From assembly GCA_038214375.1 (NCBI GenBank), contig JBBQRX010000006.1:39979-103978 (forward strand): a stretch of 64,000 nt of DNA, read 5' to 3'. The first letter of the stretch is position 1; the number at the start of each line of letters is the position of its first letter. Positions 21,755 through 31,218 of the stretch are shown here, piece after piece. The position numbers and the translations under genes were made by a program. Source of the stretch: Candidatus Limnocylindrales bacterium. GTDB taxonomy: Bacteria; Chloroflexota; Limnocylindria; Limnocylindrales; CSP1-4. Under the pieces are notes generated by a model that was not told where the DNA came from, made no database searches, and was given only the letters and a program-made list of their open reading frames with translations.

Positions 21755-22234
21755 ATGCACTGCCCGCAGTGCGAGTCGCGTGACTCGCGGGTGGTGGACT
21801 CGCGCGACCTCGATGACGCTGCGACGATCCGCCGACGGCGCGAGTGCCTGGCCTGCGGGGCGCGCTTCACGACCTACGAGCGGATCGAGGCCGCCAGGCT
21901 GATCGTGGTCAAACGCGACGGAGCCCGCCAGGAGTTCGATCGCGACAAGCTCGCCGCGGGGCTGCGCAAGGCGCTGACGCGACGGCCGGTCCCGGACTGG
22001 GCGGCGGATCGCGCCGCAGACGAGATCGAGGTGTTGCTTCGCGCCGGCGGAACGACCGAGGTCGACTCCGGACGGGTGGGGGAGCTCGCGATGGACAAGC
22101 TGCGGGCGCTGGACCACATCGCGTACATCCGCTTCGCCAGCGTCTACCAGAGCTTCGAGGACCTGGCCACGCTCAAGCGGGAGGTCGATTCGCTCTTCGC
22201 GCAGCGCGAGATCGACCCGGAGCTGGCGCGATGA
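21755..22234 (+). CDS. nrdR: transcriptional repressor NrdR
   Basis: MHCPQCES...CLACGARFTTYE zinc ribbon plus ATP-cone. GGAGG lies 8 nt upstream of ATG 21755. Confidence 0.9.
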   Translation: MHCPQCESRDSRVVDSRDLDDAATIRRRRECLACGARFTTYERIEAARLIVVKRDGARQEFDRDKLAAGLRKALTRRPVPDWAADRAADEIEVLLRAGGTTEVDSGRVGELAMDKLRALDHIAYIRFASVYQSFEDLATLKREVDSLFAQREIDPELAR

Positions 22235-22258
22235 GCGCCCGTCGGTGAGCGCCCGTCG

Positions 22259-23896
22259 ATGAGCGTCCTCGCCGACCGCGACATCCGGGCCGAGCTGGAA
22301 TCCGGCCGCGTGCGCATCGAGCCCTACGACCCGATCGACCTCCAGCCGAGCTCCGTGGACCTCCACCTCGACCGGAGCTTCCGGGTCTTCCGCAACAACC
22401 GCTACGCCTTCATCGACGTCCGCCAGTCGCAGCCGGACCTGACCGAGCTCCTGTCGATTCGGGACGACGAGCCGTTCATCCTCCACCCGGGCGAGTTCGT
22501 GCTGGGCCAGACCGTCGAATGGGTGGAGCTGCCGGACGACCTCGTCGCGAGGCTCGAGGGGAAAGCGCTCGCCCTCGACACGCCCGTCCCCACGCCGCTC
22601 GGCTGGCGGACGATGGGCGATCTCGAGCCCGGCGACGACGTTTTCGACGAACGTGGGGCTCCGACACGGGTGATCGCCGCAACACCCCCGATGTTGGGAC
22701 GTCCATGTCGCGAGGTTCTGTTCTCAGATGGCACCCGCCTCGTCGCCGATGCTGCCCATCAGTGGCTGACGGTCGACAAGAACGGGCGTCGGTACGGGCG
22801 GTCCCGCGCAGCCATCCGCACGACCGACGAGATCGCCCGGACGCTCCACGTACGCGGCGAACGCAACCACCATGTGCCGCTGGCCGGCGCGGCCCAGTAC
22901 CCGCCCCGACTGGGCCTTCCGATCGAGCCGTACACGCTCGGCGCATGGCTCGGTGACGGGACGAGCACGAAGGCGGAGATCACGTGCTGCGACACCGAGA
23001 TCCTGGCCCAGATCAGCGGCGACGGTTACCAGGTCCGGAGGCTCAACTACGGCAACCATCTCTACCGAATCGGCGGGGAAGGACACACGCGTGACTCGGT
23101 GACCGGTCGATACAGCCGAAATGGGTCGATCTCGAGTCGTCTCCGCGCACTGGGGCTGCTTGGTAGCAAGGCCGTCCCGCGGCCATACCTCGAAGCCGGG
23201 ATCGCCCAACGGATGGCCCTCCTCCAGGGCCTGATGGACACCGATGGGTTCGTCGACGACGTGGCTGGCCGTTGCGAGTTCACGAGCACGAAGGAGGGTC
23301 TCGCCGAGGCCGTCGTCGAGCTTGCAGCGGGCCTCGGGCTCCGACCAATCAAATCGGCCAGCAGGGCGATGCTGAATGGGGTTGACCACGGGCCGAAGTA
23401 CCGGGTGAAGTTCACCCCGGATCGTCCGGTCTTCCGGATTCCCCGGAAGATCCTCCGCCAGAAGGCTGCGGACGCGCGCTTCCATCGCTTTCGGGCGATC
23501 GCCGACGTTCGAGAGGTGGCGTCGGTACCAGTGCGGTGTGTTCAGGTCGCGTCGCCGCGGGGCTTGTTCCTCGTGTCGCGTTCATTCATCCCGACGCACA
23601 ACAGCTCGCTCGGCCGTCTCGGCCTGCTGATCCACTCGACGGCGGGCTACGTGGATCCGGGCTGGAAGGGCAACCTGACGCTCGAGCTCTCGAACGTCGC
23701 GAACCTGCCAATCGCGCTCTACCACGGCATGCGGATCGGCCAGATCAGCTTCTTCCGGATGTCGAGCCCGGTCGAGCGGCCGTACGGCAGCGCCGGGCTC
23801 GGGTCGAAATACCAGGGCCAGAGCGAGCCAACCGCGTCCGCCTTCCACCGCGACTTCGCGGCCGGTCGCCGGCGCGGCCCGGATCCGGCGGGCTGA
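22259..23896 (+). CDS. dcd: dCTP deaminase precursor interrupted by an intein
   Basis: N-extein is MSVLADRDI...LVARLEGK. C-extein is [36 protein letters not shown]..., which are contiguous Dcd blocks. 346 aa of unrelated sequence lie between them. Confidence 0.9.
   Translation: MSVLADRDIRAELESGRVRIEPYDPIDLQPSSVDLHLDRSFRVFRNNRYAFIDVRQSQPDLTELLSIRDDEPFILHPGEFVLGQTVEWVELPDDLVARLEGKALALDTPVPTPLGWRTMGDLEPGDDVFDERGAPTRVIAATPPMLGRPCREVLFSDGTRLVADAAHQWLTVDKNGRRYGRSRAAIRTTDEIARTLHVRGERNHHVPLAGAAQYPPRLGLPIEPYTLGAWLGDGTSTKAEITCCDTEILAQISGDGYQVRRLNYGNHLYRIGGEGHTRDSVTGRYSRNGSISSRLRALGLLGSKAVPRPYLEAGIAQRMALLQGLMDTDGFVDDVAGRCEFTSTKEGLAEAVVELAAGLGLRPIKSASRAMLNGVDHGPKYRVKFTPDRPVFRIPRKILRQKAADARFHRFRAIADVREVASVPVRCVQVASPRGLFLVSRSFIPTHNSSLGRLGLLIHSTAGYVDPGWKGNLTLELSNVANLPIALYHGMRIGQISFFRMSSPVERPYGSAGLGSKYQGQSEPTASAFHRDFAAGRRRGPDPAG
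22565..23602 (+). mobile_element. intein (346 aa) with LAGLIDADG homing-endonuclease domain; Ala1 / Trp-Cys-Thr class-3 signature
   Basis: Block [11 protein letters not shown]. Block [13 protein letters not shown] (Trp codon 22763-22765). LAGLIDADG motifs LGAWLGDGT and [11 protein letters not shown]. Block F VRCVQV (Cys codon 23537-23539). Block G FIPTHN, then +1 Ser (23603). Confidence 0.85.
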
Positions 23897-23906
23897 GGGG
23901 CGTCGC

Positions 23907-24767
23907 GTGGCATTCAATGACGCGGTCCACTGGTCGACGGAGCTTGGCGCCGGGGTGCGTATCGCGCTCGTCCAGGCGGGCACGTTTCGGTCGGACGCCG
24001 GAGCGCTCTTCGGGCCGGTTCCGCGGGTCCTCTGGGGGAAGCTCGTGGCCGACGAGATCGATGCCGAGGGGCGCCTCCTCCAGGCGCTCAACTGCCTGCT
24101 GATCGAGACGCCGGCCGGTCGCGTCCTCGTGGAGACGGGGATTGGCGAACGGCTCGACGAGCGGGGCCGGACGTGGCGCGGCCTCGTCGGCGACCCGATC
24201 GTGCCGACGCTCGTGCAGGCCGGATTCGATCCGGCCAGCGTCAACATCGTGGCGATGAGCCACCTGCACTACGACCACGCTGGCGGGCTCTTGCGGGCGG
24301 ACGGCACGCGCGCGTTCCCGCGTGCGCGCATCGTGGTTCAACGCGCCGAGTGGGAGATCGCTCTCGACGAGAACCCGCGGATCGTCGCATCGTACGACCA
24401 GCCCGAGCTGCGGCTCGTTCGGGAGTGGGGCAGCGCGGGCGCGGCCGACGGCGAGGTGGAGCTGCTGCCCGGCGTCTGGGCGGTGCCGACCGGCGGCCAC
24501 ACGGCCGGCCACCAGGCGATCGTGGTGCGGTCGCCGGACCGGACACTCGCATTCCTGGGTGACATCGCGATGCGGCCCTGGTCGGCCAATCCGCGCTGGA
24601 TCCCGGCCTTCGATGACTTCCCGCTCGACTCCGTTGCACAGAAGGCGACGCTCTTCGCGCGCGCCGCCGAGGAGCGCTGGACGGTCGTCCTCTCGCACGA
24701 GCGCGAGCGGCCCGTCGGGCGCCTGGTGCCCGATCGGGATCGGTTCGCCTGGGAGCCGCTCGTCTAG
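23907..24767 (+). CDS. MBL-fold metallo-hydrolase
   Basis: MSHLHYDHAGG metal-binding motif, a later TGGHTAGH, ~286 aa. Confidence 0.8.
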   Translation: MAFNDAVHWSTELGAGVRIALVQAGTFRSDAGALFGPVPRVLWGKLVADEIDAEGRLLQALNCLLIETPAGRVLVETGIGERLDERGRTWRGLVGDPIVPTLVQAGFDPASVNIVAMSHLHYDHAGGLLRADGTRAFPRARIVVQRAEWEIALDENPRIVASYDQPELRLVREWGSAGAADGEVELLPGVWAVPTGGHTAGHQAIVVRSPDRTLAFLGDIAMRPWSANPRWIPAFDDFPLDSVAQKATLFARAAEERWTVVLSHERERPVGRLVPDRDRFAWEPLV

Positions 24768-24770
24768 ATC

Positions 24771-25499
24771 TCACGGCGACGTCGTGGGTCGTCCCGTCGC
24801 GGGCGCGCCGCTCGCGGCGCCCGATGAGCCGGTTCCCGCCGGCGGAAGCCCCACGAGCGCCAGGTTGGCCGCGGCGATCCCGGTGTCCACGGGACCCTGG
24901 ACGATCGCCCGGATGATCCCGTTTGCGTCGAGGAAGAGCTGGGTGGGAAGGCCGTAGACCCGGTAGCGCCGGAAGACGTCGCCGGCCAGGTCGGCCGCAA
25001 CCGTGTACTCGAGGCCGTATTTCGCAGCATACGCGCGCACGTCGTCGACGGTCGACTCCTGGACGCTGACGGCGACGAGGGCCAGGCCGCGGGGCCGGTA
25101 GGCGGCGAAAACCTCGCGCAGGACCGGCGTCTCGGCCTGGCATGATGGGCACCAGCTCGCCCAGAAGCTGATCCAGACGGGATGGCCGCGAAGGTCGGCC
25201 AGACGTACCGGGGCGCCCGCCAGGTCCCGCAGCGGAGCCGTCGCCCCGTCGACGCCCAGGATCTCCAGCTCCGGGGCGCGGTCCCCGACACGCAGCCCCT
25301 CGACGGCGGGCCCGATCGCGAACTGCGTCGGCCGCGGAGCGACCCTCGGGGTCGGTGCCGATGCGAGCGGGGCGGTCGCCACGACCAGGATCGCGGCCAC
25401 GATCACGATGGTCCCGAGTGCGGCGGCAAGCTGGCGGCCGGTGAACGGCCCGATCAGGCCGCGGCGCGGGTCGGGGGTCTCGGCTGGTGGAATCGCCAC
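24771..25499 (-). CDS. membrane-anchored TlpA/ResA-like thiol-disulfide oxidoreductase
   Basis: N-terminal TM helix plus thioredoxin fold with WASWCPSCQ active site. Confidence 0.85.
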   Translation of the reverse strand: MAIPPAETPDPRRGLIGPFTGRQLAAALGTIVIVAAILVVATAPLASAPTPRVAPRPTQFAIGPAVEGLRVGDRAPELEILGVDGATAPLRDLAGAPVRLADLRGHPVWISFWASWCPSCQAETPVLREVFAAYRPRGLALVAVSVQESTVDDVRAYAAKYGLEYTVAADLAGDVFRRYRVYGLPTQLFLDANGIIRAIVQGPVDTGIAAANLALVGLPPAGTGSSGAASGAPATGRPTTSP

Positions 25500-25503
25500 T
25501 TAG

Positions 25504-26340
25504 CTAAACGCCGGGTGCCAGGCGTGCGAGGAGCGTGAGCACGTCGAAGACCATCGCGAGGCCGATCGCGACCACAAGGAGCCCGCCGACCAGGCTGACC
25601 GCGCGCCCGTGGCGAACCAGTGGCCGGACGACCGCCGGGGCCCGGTCGTACAGGATCGCGAGCGCCACGAACGGGAGGCCGAGGCCCAGGCTGTACGCGA
25701 ACAGGAGGAGGCCGCCCTGGAGCGTCTGCCCGGAGGACGCCGCGACTGTGAGGATGCTACCCAGGATGATCCCGATGCATGGCGTCCAGCCCACCGCGAA
25801 GACCACGCCAAGCCCGAACGAGGCGAGCCAGCCGCCGCGCCCGCCCACGAGCCTCCCGCCCAGCCGCTCGCCGAGGCCGGGCCCGCCGGTCCCGTCGAGT
25901 CCGGCACCGAACGAGGTCGTGCCGCTCGCCCGGGCAAGCTCGCCGGCGGCTCCTGCCTCGAGCGGGCGCCAGGTCCGCTGGAGGACGCGCTGGATCGCGG
26001 GCACGGTAAGGATCCCGGCGAGGTTCAGGCCCATGACGATGAGCACCAGGCCGCCGATCGTGCGAAGCGTCGGCAGCAGGTCGTAGAGCCCGCCGCCGAT
26101 CAGCGAGGCGCTCACGCCCAGGGACGTGAAGACCGCCGCAAAGCCAAGCACGTACGCAAGCGAGTGGCGAACCGCCAGCCAGCGCGACGACCCTGCAGCG
26201 GCAGGCCCCTCCCCGCGAACGACCGCCACGACCGTCAGCTGCCCGATGTACGCCGGGACAAGCGGGAGCACGCATGGCGAGACGAAGCTGATGATGCCCG
26301 CCCCGAAGGCGAGCAGCAGCGTGAGGTCCGAGGCGGGCAT
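25504..26340 (-). CDS. ccdA: cytochrome c biogenesis thiol-reductant transporter CcdA (DsbD family)
   Basis: Polytopic membrane protein with FVSPCVLPLVP and GWTPCIG Cys motifs. Confidence 0.9.
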   Translation of the reverse strand: MPASDLTLLLAFGAGIISFVSPCVLPLVPAYIGQLTVVAVVRGEGPAAAGSSRWLAVRHSLAYVLGFAAVFTSLGVSASLIGGGLYDLLPTLRTIGGLVLIVMGLNLAGILTVPAIQRVLQRTWRPLEAGAAGELARASGTTSFGAGLDGTGGPGLGERLGGRLVGGRGGWLASFGLGVVFAVGWTPCIGIILGSILTVAASSGQTLQGGLLLFAYSLGLGLPFVALAILYDRAPAVVRPLVRHGRAVSLVGGLLVVAIGLAMVFDVLTLLARLAPGV

Positions 26341-26344
26341 CGCG

Positions 26345-26674
26345 TCAGCCGCCGGGGCCGGCCGGCGGCGGACCGGCGGCGACCCCTCCCTCGTCCAGCG
26401 CCGCCGCCAGGAACGCGCGGATCGGACCCGCCCGGATGGCGAGTGGGAGGCGGCGTCCGGCGAATTCGAGGACCGGGATCAACTCGATGAGCTCGCGCTC
26501 CACGGACGGGTCGTCCGCGATCCGACGCTCCACGAGGGCTGGCGTCCGGCCCCGGTTCGCCGCCCGCTCGGCGAGCAGCGCCGTCACGAGCGTCCGGGCG
26601 TCGTCGCACAGGTGGCACCCGTCGCCGCGCCACAGCACGAGATCGGGGAGGGGAGTGGGAGCCGCCGGGTCCAT
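26345..26674 (-). CDS. glutaredoxin-like small redox protein
   Basis: LVLWRGDGCHLCDDA CxxC motif, ~109 aa. ATG 26674 chosen because the longer ORF start (26782) abuts the tRNA gene. Confidence 0.65.
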   Translation of the reverse strand: MDPAAPTPLPDLVLWRGDGCHLCDDARTLVTALLAERAANRGRTPALVERRIADDPSVERELIELIPVLEFAGRRLPLAIRAGPIRAFLAAALDEGGVAAGPPPAGPGG

Positions 26675-26782
26675 CGGGCGGCATTCTACGGCGCGGCCGT
26701 GCGTCGGGCCGCCGGGCGACGAACTCGCTGCTCGCGCCGAGGCGTCGTCCTGCCGTGAGGCTGCTGTACGATCGATGCCCAC

Positions 26783-26855
26783 GCCCCCGTAGCTCAGTGG
26801 ATAGAGCGAGGCCGTCCTAAGGCCTGCGTCGGCGGTTCGAGTCCGTCCGGGGGCG
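26783..26855 (+). tRNA. tRNA-Arg (anticodon CCT), no encoded CCA
   Basis: Acceptor GCCCCCG/CGGGGGC, D arm GCTC-AGTGGATA-GAGC, anticodon stem AGGCC/GGCCT with loop GTCCTAA (CCT), T arm GGCGG-TTCGAGT-CCGTC, discriminator G. Confidence 0.9.
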
Positions 26856-26856
26856 C
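26830..26856 (+). repeat. attL-like copy of a 27-bp direct repeat (3' part of tRNA-Arg)
   Basis: cggcggttcgagtccgtccgggggcgc is repeated exactly at 37848-37874. Confidence 0.75.
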
Positions 26857-27495
26857 TCCAGCAACGCAGCAGGCTCGAAGAAGGGCCGGGCAGGTGGCGT
26901 CCACTCGATGGACTCCGGCTCCACGCTCCGACCCTTTGCCTGGACCCTCTCGACCAGAAGCCGCACCAGCTCAGCGAGCTGGGGGCGGGTGGCTTTCTCG
27001 ACGTTCGCGGCCATCGTCACCATCACATGGCGGTTGCGGTCGAATGCGACCAGCTTGTTCGGGTCGGACAGCATCGTCCGCGTCTCGGTCACCTGGCGGC
27101 GATACTCCTGCCCGGTCAGGTCCCCCCCATCCGAACAACTACGTGAGCCGCGTCAGACGAGTCTCCAGGCGGCGGCGCTTCGATCCGACGAGGTCGGCAT
27201 CCGGCACGCTGAGCCGACGGGCCAGCTCCGCCCGCGCCTCGTCGATGGTCCTCGGTGGCAGCGTCATCGCCTGGACGGCCTCGATGACGAGACGCTCGGC
27301 ATCACCAGCCGGAACCGAGGGTGCATGGCACCTGCGGCAAACGTAGTACCGCCACTCGTGGCCTCGCGCAACGCGGCAGGCCCCATGCATGGGGTGGCCG
27401 TTCTCGCACGAGATCACGCCCCTCAACAGGTGGAACTCGATGCGCTGCCACCGGACAGGCTTCGGGCGCTGTACCAGGCGGCACTCAACCGCCAT
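26857..27495 (-). pseudogene. large serine recombinase, C-terminal remnant (zinc ribbon plus coiled-coil), disrupted
   Basis: ORF 27139..27495 carries the recombinase zinc-ribbon pattern (ISCENGHPMHG...YYVCRRCH). It ends at TAG 27139-27141. Reading resumes (LFGWG...) and shifts frame in a C7 run (27122-27128) into ORF 26817..27092. No N-terminal resolvase domain is present. Confidence 0.65.
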
Positions 27496-27643
27496 TGGGA
27501 CGTGTCCGCATAGGTGAGCCAGAACGCCGTATCGTCAGCCAGTTTTTCGGAGAATTGCGTGTCAGCTCGGTGTCGTCCTTCAGTAGGGCGGTCATGACGC
27601 CCATCGGACGAGTCGTACTGTGCGCCAGAATGCAGATGGGCAG

Positions 27644-30600
27644 ATGATCGACTTCCTCTCCGTCGAACGATACGTCGCCGCCCTCTCCACGGAGAAGGAG
27701 CGTGGAGATGCCTTCGAGCGTGCCGTCGCCCACCTCCTCCGGCACGATCCCGAGTTCGGCATCCGGCGGGTCTGGGGTTGGAGCGACTGGCCGGGACGGG
27801 AGGCAGTGGGTGCCGCCGCCAGGGATCTGGGTATCGACCTCGTTGCCGAGGACGCGACGGGTCGTCTGGTCGGCGTCCAGGTCAAGTTCCGACTCGACCC
27901 CGACCGGCTCATCCGCTGGCAGGACGTTGCGACCGCAGTCGGTTACCGGCCTGGCCTCTTCTCCCGCCGCCTAATCGTCACGAACGCCTGGGACCGGGGA
28001 CCGAACGCATACGAGGCCCTGGGGTCCCCCGGGGCCGCCAAGGAGCCGATCCAGTGGGTCCTCCGCGACGCCTTCCTCGCGAGCGAGATCGACTGGGCCG
28101 ACGCCCTGACGCACGGACTGTCAGGCGAGGCGACCCCGGAGCGCCGTCCCCGGACCCCCCGACCGCACCAGGTGCTTGCTGTCGCCGACACGGTCGCGAT
28201 CCTCCGCGAGAACCCTCGCGCCCAACTCGTCATGGCGTGCGGTTCGGGCAAGACGCTCGCGGCCCTGTGGATCGCCGAGGAGCGCAAGGACGAACGGGTC
28301 CTCGTCCTCGTGCCGTCCCTCCTTCTCCTCCGCCAGTTCCGCCGGGACTGGATCGAGTCGGCCACGCTCCCGTTCGTAGACCTCGTTGTTTGCTCGGACG
28401 AAACGACCGTCGGGCGCGACGAGGTCTGGGTCAGGACCGCCGACCTCGGTGTTGCGGTGACGACCGACGCATCGGAAGTCGCGGCGTTCCTGCGTGGCCA
28501 CGGTCGCAGCGTCATCTTCGCGACGTACCAGTCGAGCGAGCGGATCGCAGACGCCCAGGCCGACCCTAGCATCCCGGCGTTCGATCTCGTCGTCTGCGAC
28601 GAAGCGCACAAGCTCGCCGGGGTCCAGGCGTCGGGCGACGAACGGGAGCGCGACTTGAAGGTCGTCCTCGGTGCCGACCGCATTCGGGCCAGCCGACGGC
28701 TCTTCACGACCGCGACGCCCCGGATCTACGGGGCCGCGACGGAGAAACGGCTCGAACAGGGCGGAGCAGACATCGAGGTCGCCTCGATGGACGACCCGGC
28801 GGTCTTCGGCCCGGTCGCCCACCGCCTGACCTTCCGCTCGGCCGTCGAGCAGGGCATCCTCGTGGACGACGAACTCGTCGTCGTGGTCGTGACCGACGCG
28901 GAGATTGCCGACCTGATCGACCGCCGGGCGTTCGTCCGGGCCGAGGAGTTGACGACCGACGCCGAGTCGCTCGCCTTCCTCGTTGCTGTCCGCACGGCGA
29001 TCTCTGAGCTGGATCTGCGGCGCTCGATCTCGTTCCACTCGTCCATCGCCCGTGCCCGAGCCTTCGCCCGCTGGCTGCCGGAGGTGAGCGCGGACCACCC
29101 CGTCCCGGCGACTGGCCACGTCTCGGGACTCATGCCGACCGGAGAGCGGAACCGGGTTGTCGAACGCCTCCGTGACCCGGGGGTCCCGACGGTCGTCACG
29201 AACGCCCGCTGCCTGACCGAAGGGATCGACATCCCGGCGCTCGATGCCGTGCTGTTCGTAGACCCACGAGGCAGCCATATCGACATTGTGCAGGCTGTCG
29301 GGCGTGCAATGCGGACCGACCCCGGCAAAGAGTGCGGGCGCGTGATCATCCCGGTCTTCTTGACGGAGGCCGAGGGAGTTGATCCGGAAGCGGCGGTGGA
29401 GTCGAGCGCCTTCAAGCCCGTGCTTGACGTACTCCGGGCGATGCGGGCGCACGATGAGGAGCTGTCCGTCGAAGCCACACGTCTGCGCGTCGAGCTCGGG
29501 CGACGGGGCGGGGGCTTTGTGGACTCCAGGTTTCTAGCCGACCACATCCGTGTCCTCGACGCGGCGTCAGCAGTGGATGTCGCTGCGTTCCGCCGCGCCA
29601 TCCGCCTCCGCGCTGTCGAGCTCTCCGCTGACTCGTGGTCTTCCGGGATCGCCGCGCTTCAGGACTATGTCGCCCGCGAAGGCCACGCTCGTGTGCCACG
29701 GCCACGCGGCGAGGCTTCGGCACTTGCGACCTGGGTCAATCATCAGCGCGTCAGACACAGCGCCGGTCGTCTCGATCCGGCCCGGGTCGCCGAACTCGAG
29801 GGTTTGCCCGGCTGGACGTGGGACCCAGTCGCTGACGACTGGGTTTCTGGCGTGGCTGCCGTCCATGCTTTCGTCGCTCGCGAGGGCCACTCTCGTGTGC
29901 CCGCGAGGCATGTCGAGGGCGATCTCCGGCTTGGGACATGGATCTCAACGCAGCGTACCGGCCAGCACTCTGGTCGCCTCGATCCGACTCGTGCTGCTGA
30001 ACTCGAGGCGTTCCCCGGCTGGACCTGGGACCCCAGAACGGATGACTGGGTCGCTGGCATGGCCGCCATGCGAGTCTTCGTCGCCCGCGAGGGCCATGCA
30101 CGGGTGCCAGGGGACCACGTCGAGGGAGATCTGCGGCTCGGCTCGTTGCTCCATGAACGACGGGGCGACCGAAAGCGTGCTCGACGCGGCGACCGCATGA
30201 GGGGTCGTCTCGATCCGGCCATGGTCGCGGAACTCGAGGCTCTTCCCGGCTGGAGCTGGGACCCCCTCGCCGATGACTGGACTGCCGCCGTCGTTGCCCT
30301 CCGAGCCTTCGTCGCCCGCGAGGGCCACGCCCGGGTGCCGTATGGTTGGGTCGAGGGGGATCTCAGACTCGGGCAGTGGGTGGCTACGCGCCGCGCCGAG
30401 CACCGCGTCGGTCGTCTCGAACCGGCGCGTGCGGCGGAAGTCCAGGCCTTCCCAGGCTGGACGTGGGACCCCCTCTCCGACGACTGGGTTACGGCACTCG
30501 GTGCCCTACGCGCCTTCATTCTTCGAAAGGGTGACGCCCGGGTGCCGTATGGTTGGGTCGAGGAGGATCTGCGCCTTGGGCGATGGGTGATCAAGCGCCG

Positions 30601-30724
30601 CGCCGAGCACCGCGTCGGTCGTCTCGATCCCGACCGCGCTGCCGAACTCGAGGCGCTGACGGGCTGGGTTTGGGAGGTCCGCCCCCGCAGGCGAGCCGAG
30701 AAGAGAATGGGCAAAGGGACCTAG
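27644..30724 (+). CDS. Mrr-like (PD-(D/E)xK) nuclease / SF2 helicase (ResIII-DEAH) / five helicase-associated (HA) domain repeats
   Basis: N-terminus has GIDLVAED...VGVQVKF. Helicase motifs are ACGSGKT (I), VCDEAHKLAG (II), TATP (III) and QAVGRAMR (VI). The C-terminus has five ~65-75-aa repeats (W..G...L..FVAREGHARVP......DLRLG.W.....R...GRLDP.R.AELEA.PGW.WDP). Confidence 0.85.
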   Translation: MIDFLSVERYVAALSTEKERGDAFERAVAHLLRHDPEFGIRRVWGWSDWPGREAVGAAARDLGIDLVAEDATGRLVGVQVKFRLDPDRLIRWQDVATAVGYRPGLFSRRLIVTNAWDRGPNAYEALGSPGAAKEPIQWVLRDAFLASEIDWADALTHGLSGEATPERRPRTPRPHQVLAVADTVAILRENPRAQLVMACGSGKTLAALWIAEERKDERVLVLVPSLLLLRQFRRDWIESATLPFVDLVVCSDETTVGRDEVWVRTADLGVAVTTDASEVAAFLRGHGRSVIFATYQSSERIADAQADPSIPAFDLVVCDEAHKLAGVQASGDERERDLKVVLGADRIRASRRLFTTATPRIYGAATEKRLEQGGADIEVASMDDPAVFGPVAHRLTFRSAVEQGILVDDELVVVVVTDAEIADLIDRRAFVRAEELTTDAESLAFLVAVRTAISELDLRRSISFHSSIARARAFARWLPEVSADHPVPATGHVSGLMPTGERNRVVERLRDPGVPTVVTNARCLTEGIDIPALDAVLFVDPRGSHIDIVQAVGRAMRTDPGKECGRVIIPVFLTEAEGVDPEAAVESSAFKPVLDVLRAMRAHDEELSVEATRLRVELGRRGGGFVDSRFLADHIRVLDAASAVDVAAFRRAIRLRAVELSADSWSSGIAALQDYVAREGHARVPRPRGEASALATWVNHQRVRHSAGRLDPARVAELEGLPGWTWDPVADDWVSGVAAVHAFVAREGHSRVPARHVEGDLRLGTWISTQRTGQHSGRLDPTRAAELEAFPGWTWDPRTDDWVAGMAAMRVFVAREGHARVPGDHVEGDLRLGSLLHERRGDRKRARRGDRMRGRLDPAMVAELEALPGWSWDPLADDWTAAVVALRAFVAREGHARVPYGWVEGDLRLGQWVATRRAEHRVGRLEPARAAEVQAFPGWTWDPLSDDWVTALGALRAFILRKGDARVPYGWVEEDLRLGRWVIKRRAEHRVGRLDPDRAAELEALTGWVWEVRPRRRAEKRMGKGT
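29633..30679 (+). repeat. in-gene tandem array of five HA-domain coding repeats
   Basis: The repeats start at SWSSG, DWVSG, DWVAG, DWTAA and DWVTA. The third carries a 9-residue Arg-rich insertion and lacks the conserved Trp after LRLG. Confidence 0.7.
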
Positions 30725-31218
30725 AGCCGGACGTAGTCCACGGCGTTGTCGTCGAGGGAGTCCTTCCGCTTCCAGTACCGCTCAGTCATCCTCGGGTCGG
30801 CGTGTCCAGCCGCCCTCTGCACGACGTGAAGCGGCGTTCCGCCTTCGAGGGCCAGCGTGACGAAGGTGGCCCGCAGGCCATGCGGGCCCAGCCGCTCGAG
30901 GCCAGCGGCCCGCAGCCGACGGACGACGACCTGATAGACCGCCCGGTCGGACAGCGGATGCCGACCGGGTATGTGTCCGCCCTTGCGAACCTCGACGAAG
31001 AGTGGATCATCGCCAACCAGCTCGAGGCCAGCCTCCGTCGCCGCAACGAGCCAGTCGTCGATCAGCCATTGGACGTCGGGGGGAACCTTGACCGTCCTCA
31101 CCACGTTGCCCTTGCCGGTGATGGTCAGGACGTGGTGTCCCTGCCCGGACGCGACCCCGCCATCATGGGCGCCGTGGACGCCCTCGGCCCGTCGGGGCGG
31201 GAGCGTGGTGGCGGTCAC
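30721..31218 (-). pseudogene. tyrosine recombinase/integrase, C-terminal catalytic half only
   Basis: HGLRATFVT (HxxR), AGHADPRMTERY (His and catalytic Tyr). Only 165 aa, with no N-terminal SAM-like/core-binding domain and no first catalytic Arg. Confidence 0.7.

Noticed and set aside
26817-26856. C-terminal tail (…ERPRTDSNRRRRP) of ORF 26817..27092 overlapping tRNA-Arg. The same PRTDSNRR peptide appears in an ORF near 37850.
   Set aside because: Both are antisense translations of the tRNA 3' end and its repeat. They were useful for spotting the att repeat but are not coding sequence.
29633-30679. Periodic ~200-nt DNA repeats that could be mistaken for a CRISPR-like or satellite array
   Set aside because: The repeats are long, in frame and encode the HA protein domain, with no short spacers. 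No CRISPR array was seen anywhere in the window.
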